Program-made: the position numbers and the translations under genes
Part shown: positions 16,738 through 24,222 of the stretch, piece after piece
Numbering within the stretch: the first letter of the stretch is position 1
Layout: each line of letters opens with the position of its first letter
The notes under the pieces: generated by a model
What the model was told of the DNA's origin: nothing
Seen by the model: the letters and a program-made list of their open reading frames with translations, nothing else
Databases searched by the model: none
Origin: Desulfobacteraceae bacterium
GTDB lineage: Bacteria > Desulfobacterota > Desulfobacteria > Desulfobacterales > Desulfosarcinaceae
NCBI GenBank assembly: GCA_050118795.1
Contig: JASFKE010000001.1
Coordinates: forward strand, 1 to 24,222
Direction of reading: 5' to 3'
Length of the DNA stretch: 24,222 nt

Positions 16738-18670
16738 TCACCAAAAAACGCCGGGCATAGCGTTGGCAAAGCTCCGCGATGACGCCAAAAAGCGGTGCAG
16801 GGAAATCCACCCTTGCGGGGGCATCGAAATTACCGTCGGGTTGGCCACCTGCGGCATTGCCGCAGGCGGTCTGGAAACCCGGGATGCGTTTACCCGGATT
16901 GCCGCAGAACATGACCTCAAAGCCGGGATTCGGACCGTAGGCTGCAACGGCCACTGCTATGCCGAACCGGTGGTGATTATCAACCACCCCGCTTCAGGGT
17001 TTCCGGCCCTGTTCTATCACCAGGTCCATCCCGGAAAGGTCAACATGCTGGTGCGCAATTTTTTGCTGGGCGGTGATCCTTGCCTGGAGCATGTCATGGG
17101 CGCCATGGAGGCCAATGGGCAGCTGCCCGGGGTGAATGACTTCGCCCGTTTCAATCAGGAAAAACGCGTGGTCATGGAAAAATGCGGTCGGATCGATCCG
17201 GAATCCCTGGACGAGTATCTTGCCGATGGCGGATACGAAGCCCTGGCCATAGCCATGACACAATCCCCGCAGAGAATCCTCAACCTTGTTAAAGATTCGG
17301 GGCTGCGTGGAAGAGGCGGCGCCGGGTTTCCCACCGGGCGTAAGTGGGAACTGGCCGCCTGCTCCCCGGCACAAGACAGATACGTCATATGCAATGCCGA
17401 CGAAGGTGATCCCGGGGCGTACATGGACCGCACCATCATCGAAAGCAACCCCCACCAGTTGATCGAAGGGGTGGCCATTGCCGCCTATGCCGTGGGGGCA
17501 CACCACGCCATCGTCTACCTGCGCGCCGAATATCCATTGGCGGTGGCCACTTTGGGCAAGGCCATTGATCAGGCCAAAACGGCGGGCCTTTTGGGCCGGT
17601 CGATTCTAAAGAGCGGTTTCGACCTGGAGATCGAAATTTTCAAGGGCTCAGGGGCCTTTGTGTGTGGCGAAGAGAGCGCCCTGATCCGCTCCATCGAAGG
17701 CTTTCGCGGTATGCCGCGATACCGCCCGCCCTATCCTGCAAGTTGCGGTCTGTTCGGTCGGCCCACGGTGATCAACAACGTTAAAACCTTGTCCGCTATA
17801 CCCCCCATCGTCTCCAAGGGCGCCCAGTGGTTCCGCGGCATCGGCACTGCGCAGAGTCCGGGTACGGCCATTTTTTCCGTGGTGGGCGATGTGAACCATC
17901 CCGGTCTGGTGGAGATTCCCATGGGGGTAACTCTGCGCCATCTTATTTTCGATGTATGCGGAGGGATACCCGGTAAGAAGCAATTCAAGGCCGTGCAGAT
18001 CGGCGGACCTTCCGGCGGATGCTTGTCCGAAGACTTTCTGGATACAGCCATCGATTTCGAAGCTTTTGCCGGTGTCGGCGCCATGATGGGCTCCGGCGGG
18101 TTGGTGGTTTTGGACGAAACCAACTGTATGGTGGACATAGTGCGCTACTTTCTCGATTTCACCCAGAAGGAGTCGTGCGGCAAATGCACCTTCTGCCGTA
18201 TTGGCACCCGCCACATGCTCACCGTTTTAGAAAAACTTACCCGGGGCGAAGCTGCTGCCCAAGATATGGATCTGCTGCAGCAGCTCAGCCAGGATGTCAA
18301 AGCCGGGTCGCTTTGCGGTCTTGGCAAAACCGCTCCCAATCCTGTGTTGACTTCGCTGAAGTATTTTTCAAAGGAGTTCCATGTCCATCTGAAGAACAGA
18401 CGCTGTCCGGGGCTGACCTGCCGGGCCTTGATCGCATATTATATCGACCTGGAAAAGTGCGCCAGAGGTTGCGACGCCTGCGTGGGATCTTGTCCGGTGG
18501 AAGCTGTCTTTACCACCAGCACACGTAAAAAAGGCATCGACCAGGGGCTTTGCGTCAAATGCGGTGAGTGTGCTTCGGCATGTCCCCCACAGTATGACGC
18601 GGTGTGCAAAGTCTCGCCGCCGGAGTTGGCGCCGCTGGTGGAACGGCCTGGGAAACCGCCCAAAGATTGA
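16727..18670 (+). CDS. NuoF/HydB/HoxF-like FMN/NAD(P)H-binding Fe-S subunit
   Basis: N-terminal TCGIAAG...GCNGHCYAEP, then GLRGRGGAGFPTG, CNADEGDPGAYMDR, GAFVCGEE, IGGPSGG, ESCGKCTFCR...SLCGLG, and a C-terminal 2x[4Fe-4S] domain. Start set at ATG 16727, overlapping the previous gene. Confidence 0.95.
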   Translation: MSVNHQKTPGIALAKLRDDAKKRCREIHPCGGIEITVGLATCGIAAGGLETRDAFTRIAAEHDLKAGIRTVGCNGHCYAEPVVIINHPASGFPALFYHQVHPGKVNMLVRNFLLGGDPCLEHVMGAMEANGQLPGVNDFARFNQEKRVVMEKCGRIDPESLDEYLADGGYEALAIAMTQSPQRILNLVKDSGLRGRGGAGFPTGRKWELAACSPAQDRYVICNADEGDPGAYMDRTIIESNPHQLIEGVAIAAYAVGAHHAIVYLRAEYPLAVATLGKAIDQAKTAGLLGRSILKSGFDLEIEIFKGSGAFVCGEESALIRSIEGFRGMPRYRPPYPASCGLFGRPTVINNVKTLSAIPPIVSKGAQWFRGIGTAQSPGTAIFSVVGDVNHPGLVEIPMGVTLRHLIFDVCGGIPGKKQFKAVQIGGPSGGCLSEDFLDTAIDFEAFAGVGAMMGSGGLVVLDETNCMVDIVRYFLDFTQKESCGKCTFCRIGTRHMLTVLEKLTRGEAAAQDMDLLQQLSQDVKAGSLCGLGKTAPNPVLTSLKYFSKEFHVHLKNRRCPGLTCRALIAYYIDLEKCARGCDACVGSCPVEAVFTTSTRKKGIDQGLCVKCGECASACPPQYDAVCKVSPPELAPLVERPGKPPKD

Positions 18671-18704
18671 CCCCAGATGTTTTGAGGTATGAAAGAACAG
18701 GGGC

Positions 18705-19346
18705 ATGGTGGCATTGCAAGTAGACGGTATCGATATCACTGCCCGGCAGGGGCGAAACTTGCTTTCTGTTTGCCTGGAAAACGGCATCTATATTCCACAC
18801 CTGTGCTTTGTGGAAGACGACCGCCGCCCTGCAGCCTCATGCCGGCTTTGCTTTGTGGAGATTCAAGGGGTGCCGGTGGCGGCCTGCACCGTCAAGGTCT
18901 GCGCCGGTCTGCAGGTATGGACGGGCACGCCGGCCGTGCGTCGCCTTCAGCGTTGCGCTCTGCGCTTGTTGCTCTCCGTCCATGATATCGACTGTAAGCA
19001 TTGCCATGCCAACCGTGCCTGCGAACTCCAGAACATCGCCCGCTTTCTTAAAATTGGGCTGAAAGCCGATCCTTTGCCACAGATTGCACGCTCTGTGGAA
19101 GTGGACACTCGACACCCCTGCATTGACCACTACCCCCACCGCTGTGTTTTATGCGGAAAATGTCTCCGAATCTGCCGCAGTCGGCACGCACAACCGGCCT
19201 TGGGCTTCGCTGGCCGCGGTATCGATACCGTGATTCGTCACTATCCCTTAGCCGGCGAAACCGAACATACCTGCCGGCAGTGCCGCCGTTGCGTCGAAGC
19301 GTGTCCCGTGGGCGCCCTCATACTGCGTCAACCAACGATGGGGTGA
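18705..19346 (+). CDS. HydA N-terminus/HoxU/NuoG-N-like Fe-S subunit without a catalytic domain
   Basis: IPHLC..ASCRLC..ACT (2Fe-2S), HDIDCKHC.....C (His-ligated 4Fe-4S), CVLCGKC...C and CRQCRRCVEACPVGAL. It stops at 213 aa. Confidence 0.92.
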   Translation: MVALQVDGIDITARQGRNLLSVCLENGIYIPHLCFVEDDRRPAASCRLCFVEIQGVPVAACTVKVCAGLQVWTGTPAVRRLQRCALRLLLSVHDIDCKHCHANRACELQNIARFLKIGLKADPLPQIARSVEVDTRHPCIDHYPHRCVLCGKCLRICRSRHAQPALGFAGRGIDTVIRHYPLAGETEHTCRQCRRCVEACPVGALILRQPTMG

Positions 19347-19389
19347 ACCCCAATGTTGTATAAAAAGGTAGCAAAAAGGGTGAAAACCA
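19346..19389 (+). repeat. Dispersed bipartite direct repeat, copy 1
   Basis: AACCCCAATGTTG (19346-19358) plus AAAAAGGTAGCAAAAAGGGTGAAAACCA (19362-19389). It matches 23219-23271. Confidence 0.85.
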
Positions 19390-19400
19390 GCATCACAGGA

Positions 19401-19450
19401 GAAAAAAGTTCACCCCTGCAGAAGATATTCCTTCGTACACAGGGGTGAAC
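19401..19450 (-). terminator. Intrinsic terminator for the minus-strand secreted-protein gene
   Basis: Perfect 11-bp stem GTTCACCCCTG (19408-19418) / CAGGGGTGAAC (19440-19450) with an inner GAAG/CTTC pair. It is followed by U6 on the minus strand. Confidence 0.8.
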
Positions 19451-19506
19451 ACACCAATTTTATATTTTTCTATCGGTGGAATACAAACTAATGCTTTTTG
19501 TCAGGT

Positions 19507-21360
19507 CTATTCATCTGTTTCAGGGCCAATGACAATCGCGCCTTCATAGAGTTGACCCTTCTCGATGGACGTTGACACGCCGTCAACTGTCATCACCACG
19601 GTTTTACCCCTTGATCCTACAATATCGCCGTCCTCTACAATCAAGCTGCTGATGTAGCTCTTGTCGGTTACCTTCCAGACAGCACCATCCGTCAGGCTGA
19701 CAGACAGGGAGCTGTTTCCGTTTCTGTGATTTCTATTTTCAACATGCCCAAGGTAGTAATATTCATCAATGGTGAAATAGGTATTCTGATCACCGTTTTC
19801 ATCGATGTGTCTGGTTTCCGTTAAAGAGATGGCCCCTTCAAGGAACGCGCCTTGACCGATGTTGACTTCAAGTGCATCACCAAGCTGCGTATAGTAGCCT
19901 GTGCCGTTGAATACATCACCTTTATAGTGGCCGTTGGTCAGAGTCAAGGTGACAGAATTGGACATGGCGGGACCGAAAGGACCACTGGCTGTATTGGGTA
20001 CGTCGTTGCCATTTTCGGAGGGCCAGCCTTCGTCTTCATTGAATTCGGTGTTGAATATTGGGCCTTTGTCCCCCATTTGTGCACCGACTGTGGAATCATC
20101 ATTGTCGATCATTTGCAAAATGATACCGGATTTTGGTCTCAATCTAGCTTTGTCAGCGACGAAATCGACATCGCCCGCCTTATAAAGGAAGGTCGCCTCT
20201 TCAGTCAGAACCAGGGTATCGTCCAGAACATTGATTGAGCCGGAATTGTGCGCCATAAAGCCAAAAACGGATTGGATGACGGTCGGCCTGCCACCGCGCC
20301 GGCGGTGGGAGATAGTTTCGATCGTGCCACCATCGGCATCTTTGAGTTCGATATCACCCCGTGAGGAGCGAAAATATGCGTCACCACCGGTGAGGATGGA
20401 TGCATAGGTGGTGCCTCTTATATGGGCGCCGTAAAAGTACTCCTGAGCGCCGCCGATAATATAACTTCCATAACCGGAGCCATACATGTGGCTGTACCGG
20501 AACTTGCCCGATGACATTCCGCCTCTTGACTCGGGGAGGATTTCCACATCTGAATTGACCACATTCATCATAAAATCACTACCGGCATCCGTGGATAGGA
20601 CCCCCCACGCGCCGGACATAATTTTGGAGTCCATAACCGTCAGGGTGGAATTTTCACCAAGCATATTGGCCAGCCGGGCTGCGCCCTGGATTCCCAGCAC
20701 CCAGGGTGGGGATATCATGATAGATTGATCAGCACTGTTCACGTAGCTGTCATACGCATCGGTGAGCGGGTTGGCGCCCAAGGTAGTAACCATTGAATTC
20801 CTGACCAGGATCTGTCCGTGGTTGTCGGGAATAAAGGCCGCTCGTACGAATCCTTCCGTGTAGATTCTCATCCTGTCCACAAGTACTTTTGCATAATCCG
20901 TAGCAACGATCATGGCCCCGCATCCTGAAAAGTCGGATCCAATCGTGCCGTCGCTGCTGTCATAGGCAGCCATGAAACCGGTTAACGTCAGGTCGGTTTC
21001 CGCCCCTTTGGCGATTACCGGATTAAAAATGTAATCGGCCTCATCATCGGTATAATCGGAGGCGTTGTCGTAGGCGATAAGATTGAAGTCCAGATCGGTA
21101 ACCGCCCCATCATCGCCCAAGAGAGAATAGTCGCCAACGATGGCGCCATCGTCCACATAATAACCGATGCTGAATTGTTCAGGACTGCGCCCTGTGTAAC
21201 TGGTTAACGTCCCCTCGTAGGTTGGAACTGTTTCATAAATTTCCCAATGGTCTACGACATAGTTATCCGCTAAAGAAACAGCGGGGGTAGCAGCAACGAC
21301 GAATGCCATCATGACAAAAAAGGCGATAGCAATGCGCTTGATCAACAAACAGTTCTTCAT
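19507..21360 (-). CDS. Secreted acidic hypothetical protein, probable right-handed beta-helix / autotransporter-passenger-like fold (617 aa)
   Basis: SD aggag before ATG 21360 and a Sec-type signal (MKNCLLIKRIAIAFFVMMAFVVAATPAVSLA). Rich in D/G/S/T with short beta-strand-like segments. C-terminal LTDGAVWKVTDKSYISSL. The fold call is by eye. Confidence 0.75.
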   Translation of the reverse strand: MKNCLLIKRIAIAFFVMMAFVVAATPAVSLADNYVVDHWEIYETVPTYEGTLTSYTGRSPEQFSIGYYVDDGAIVGDYSLLGDDGAVTDLDFNLIAYDNASDYTDDEADYIFNPVIAKGAETDLTLTGFMAAYDSSDGTIGSDFSGCGAMIVATDYAKVLVDRMRIYTEGFVRAAFIPDNHGQILVRNSMVTTLGANPLTDAYDSYVNSADQSIMISPPWVLGIQGAARLANMLGENSTLTVMDSKIMSGAWGVLSTDAGSDFMMNVVNSDVEILPESRGGMSSGKFRYSHMYGSGYGSYIIGGAQEYFYGAHIRGTTYASILTGGDAYFRSSRGDIELKDADGGTIETISHRRRGGRPTVIQSVFGFMAHNSGSINVLDDTLVLTEEATFLYKAGDVDFVADKARLRPKSGIILQMIDNDDSTVGAQMGDKGPIFNTEFNEDEGWPSENGNDVPNTASGPFGPAMSNSVTLTLTNGHYKGDVFNGTGYYTQLGDALEVNIGQGAFLEGAISLTETRHIDENGDQNTYFTIDEYYYLGHVENRNHRNGNSSLSVSLTDGAVWKVTDKSYISSLIVEDGDIVGSRGKTVVMTVDGVSTSIEKGQLYEGAIVIGPETDE

Positions 21361-22107
21361 CTTCTTCTCCTTCTCATAAAAGCGTTCAAACAAATTTTAC
21401 AAAAGACTTACCTGTTGAAAAATTGAACCTATGGTACAAGATCTAACTGCCGCAATTAATGCTAAAAAAGGGGGGAGGGGATTACCCTTTGAAAAGAATG
21501 TAATCAATATTTATACCAACGCGTAACATAAGGTTACATTATAGTAAGATATTATAAAAAATCGGGTCGTTATATAATCCAAAAAAAGGTTGTCCATGGT
21601 TGAATCCACCATTTATGGTGGCTGGGGCGCCAAATATGGTGGCGTCGGTATGGTGGGCGGATGTATTGTCTATCCGGAAAAAAGGGCGTATCTGTCCGAT
21701 ACGGTCTAAAACAGCCTGACCCTGCACAATATCCTCCATTGACCCAAAAGCCGCGATTGACACACAAACGTCGGTTTGATATATTCAGCCCCCACAAAAG
21801 CAAAGTTCTTATCTCTATCTTTTTCCATCCTTTGAATTGCTCGTTCCTCGGATAGGACGTTGCTTTTTTGTAAATAATACCCCAATGGAGCGAAAGAAGC
21901 TGTGCCAACCTTTTAAATAAACTGTAAAATCCTCTATGATAAAGGTATATAAATGGCGATCAGGCCAGTAACCCAAATTCTGAAAGACTTTTATAGTTGG
22001 GATACAAAAACGCTCTTTAACAAAAGAGCGCTTATTAAGGGCCATAGGGGATAAGGCGTGATATCTATGCCCCCTTTTCTACTGGGATCGGGATCATAGA
22101 ATTTTGT

Positions 22108-23214
22108 ATGGTAACCAGGAAAAGCCGGGGGGCTGTTATGACAGGGTTGGGGGTATGGAGGGGTAAACGCAGATTATGTATCATTGTTTGTGCACTATTT
22201 GTACTTATCGCTGGATTCGGCAGCTTCTTTATTGTAAATCCGCTGACCGTCATTAAAAAAGGGGACAATAGAGTCCCTCTTGCAAAGAGAGGCAATCAAC
22301 TCAACTATACAAAATCTGAAGGCGAAGCACTCAAAATAAGTACCGGAGGCAGCAAGCAGTCGGTTGAAGACCGGCTTGTGTCAGAAATAAAAACATTTTA
22401 TGGTAAGACAATTTCGGAAAAAAGCACCCAGGTTATCCTGTTGAAAGCAAAAAGGTTTGTCTCGCAGCTATATCCAGAAGATGGAGAGAAAAGATTTTAC
22501 GCTATCTTGAACCGGGCTTTTCCCGACCTGGCCGATGAGATTGAAAAAATACTGGCTAAACTCGAGAAATATCAACACTGGCTGAAAGAAAATGAGAATG
22601 CTTTGGCTCGAATGAGCAGTTTGGAGCAAAAAAGGCGGTTATGGGGGAAAAGGTATGAAATTTTTGGTGATGACGCCGGTGAAATTTGGTCCGAAGAAGT
22701 CCTTGCATATGAGAAAAGAAAGGAAAATGTTCGATATGTATTGAAGTTTCTGGGCCAGTCCGACGACATCCCCATTTATGAAAAAATAGATCTTTATAAG
22801 ACGGCTCTTCAGCAGGCATATCAAGATTCACCCGAAGCGTATGTTTTGCAGAACAGGGATATGTTGGCAAAGGTTTTTTTTGGACTTGATTCTGTTCAAA
22901 ATGAACTCAAAAAGTTGGATCCGGAAAAGCGCCGCCTCGAAATAAGCCGAATTCGAAATGGCATGGGGTTATCTCAGGAACAGATTGAAAAGATGGCGCA
23001 GAATGATGAATACAAGGAGCGCCGATGGAAAAATGGGATGGCCTACATGAGGCAGCGGGAACGCGTATCCAAAGAACTGGAAGGGGGGGCATTGGACAAA
23101 CGCCTTAGGGAACTTCGCGAGAAGTATTTTAAACATGAGGCAAAAACAATTGCGCTTGAAGAAAAAGATAATTTTTTCCGATTCAACAGGCCTCGGGTAT
23201 ATGGCAGGAATTAG
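22108..23214 (+). CDS. Membrane-anchored helical hypothetical protein, lipase chaperone (foldase)-like
   Basis: A basic N-terminus and one TM segment (LCIIVCALFVLIAGFGSFFIV) are followed by a K/E/R-rich helical domain. Segments LWGKRYEIFGDDAGEIW and RLRELREKYF recall lipase foldases. The start could be ATG 22138. Confidence 0.7.
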   Translation: MVTRKSRGAVMTGLGVWRGKRRLCIIVCALFVLIAGFGSFFIVNPLTVIKKGDNRVPLAKRGNQLNYTKSEGEALKISTGGSKQSVEDRLVSEIKTFYGKTISEKSTQVILLKAKRFVSQLYPEDGEKRFYAILNRAFPDLADEIEKILAKLEKYQHWLKENENALARMSSLEQKRRLWGKRYEIFGDDAGEIWSEEVLAYEKRKENVRYVLKFLGQSDDIPIYEKIDLYKTALQQAYQDSPEAYVLQNRDMLAKVFFGLDSVQNELKKLDPEKRRLEISRIRNGMGLSQEQIEKMAQNDEYKERRWKNGMAYMRQRERVSKELEGGALDKRLRELREKYFKHEAKTIALEEKDNFFRFNRPRVYGRN

Positions 23215-23218
23215 AAAC

Positions 23219-23271
23219 AACCCCAATGTTGGAAGCGACCATAAAAAAGGTAGCAAAAAGGGTGGAAACCA
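23219..23271 (+). repeat. Dispersed bipartite direct repeat, copy 2
   Basis: AACCCCAATGTTG (23219-23231) plus AAAAAGGTAGCAAAAAGGGTGGAAACCA (23244-23271). The second block is 27/28 identical to copy 1. Confidence 0.85.
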
Positions 23272-23354
23272 TGACACTGAAGCCCTAAAGGCTTTTGCAA
23301 CACTGGGGATAATATGCCTTGTTTTAATTACCTTCTAACAACCATTCTTAAAAC

Positions 23355-24221
23355 TTAAGATATCGAGCATCCACAAGATTGGCGAACAATCATTTGCGCT
23401 TTGAGAATAACCTCTCGATGCGACCTTGTCGGATCCTGAATCCTTCTAAGAAGCAACTGTGTAGCGGTGCGGCCGATTTCATAGGTCGGCTGTTCGATTA
23501 CGGTGAGAGCCGGAACCACCAGTGTGGACCAGCTGGTTTCGTCAAAGCTGGCAAAGGCGATATTATCCGGAATTCCAACTTTTTCTTCTTGGAGCGCGCG
23601 AATCGCCCCAGCGGCCAACAGGCTGTTGCTTGCCAAAAGGGCATCGGGCGGCTCATGCAGTCGCAGCAGTTTTTTGGTCGTGCTGAATCCATCTTCCTCC
23701 TTCGGGTTGGCGTACCTTATCAGATCAGGTATAGGCTCGATATTGTGACCTTTTAGCGCCTGCACATAACCCTGTCGCCGCTCACGACCGGTGGTGCCGC
23801 CGATACCAAAGATAGCGCCTATACGGCGATAGCCATGTTCGACCAGATGAGATACAATGGTGTGGGCGGACTGCACATTATCAATTAATATATTGTCCAC
23901 TTGAAAGTTGCTCACACGGCGGTCAATGACGACCATCGGGATATTATAGGTAGAAAATCTGGCGAAATCGTCTGCGGCTTGGCGCGTTGGAGATAAAACG
24001 ACACCGGCAACGTTTTCATCGCGCAGGAGCTGAAGATAGGTCTCTTCCTTGTTAGGGTTTTCATCATTGTTGCACAGGACCACACTGAAGCCTTGCTCGC
24101 TGGCGGTATCTTCAACAGCACGGCTGACTTGTTGAAAAAAGGGGTTTCCGATATCGGACACAATCAGCCCGATTATCTTTGAAGACCTGGAGCGCAGACT
24201 CCGGGCGACACGATTCGGGCT
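23355..24221 (-). CDS. LacI-family transcriptional regulator, 5'-truncated by the window edge
   Basis: The frame is open to the edge: SPNRVARSLRSRSSKIIGLIVSDIGNPFF (hinge helix). It also has VVIDR, R..GY..AL, PDALLASN..LA.GA, and SFDE...P.LTVIEQP.YEIG. Confidence 0.95.
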   Translation of the reverse strand, partial: SPNRVARSLRSRSSKIIGLIVSDIGNPFFQQVSRAVEDTASEQGFSVVLCNNDENPNKEETYLQLLRDENVAGVVLSPTRQAADDFARFSTYNIPMVVIDRRVSNFQVDNILIDNVQSAHTIVSHLVEHGYRRIGAIFGIGGTTGRERRQGYVQALKGHNIEPIPDLIRYANPKEEDGFSTTKKLLRLHEPPDALLASNSLLAAGAIRALQEEKVGIPDNIAFASFDETSWSTLVVPALTVIEQPTYEIGRTATQLLLRRIQDPTRSHREVILKAQMIVRQSCGCSIS

Positions 24222-24222
24222 A

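Noticed and set aside
19340-19450. CRISPR-like GTTCACCCC...GGGGTGAAC words
   Set aside because: There is no regular repeat-spacer period and no cas genes. A terminator explains it.
21464-21480. A6G6 homopolymer as a phase-variation tract
   Set aside because: The runs are too short to support the claim, and the position relative to a promoter is unknown.
21889-21908. Sigma54 promoter (minus-strand TTGGCAC)
   Set aside because: There is no GC at the -12 position.
155-24163. Many antisense or out-of-frame ORFs in the supplied track (e.g. 155-631, 2162-2545, 17648-18214, 21570-21908, 23379-23756)
   Set aside because: They shadow well-supported genes or lack an SD and any recognisable motif.

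Overview
Bacterial chromosomal window. Gene order (split atp operon, long HflX, rpsF-rpsR-rplI-dnaB, second dnaA) suggests a deltaproteobacterial/Desulfobacterota-type anaerobe; this is inference. 1-15.2 kb is mostly housekeeping: partial icd, comF, pgeF, pyrK, atpZ/atpI/atpB/atpE, uvrA, an origin-unlinked dnaA paralog with an altered DNA-binding signature, and a minus-strand run rpsF-rpsR-rplI-dnaB-hflX-suhB-small Cys-rich ORF. 15.6-19.35 kb holds a stand-alone, degenerate cNMP-domain gene followed by a HydC/HydB/HydA-stub (HoxEFU-like) flavin/Fe-S module with no catalytic hydrogenase or formate dehydrogenase subunit. 19.35-23.3 kb is an accessory-looking cassette bracketed by two copies of a bipartite direct repeat. 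It contains a secreted acidic beta-helix-like protein, a divergent membrane-anchored lipase-foldase-like protein, and an AT-rich spacer with a cluster of hairpins or a small ORF. The window ends inside a LacI-family regulator. I saw no rRNA, tRNA, CRISPR array, transposase or integrase. All motif and structure calls were made by eye, with no database searches.
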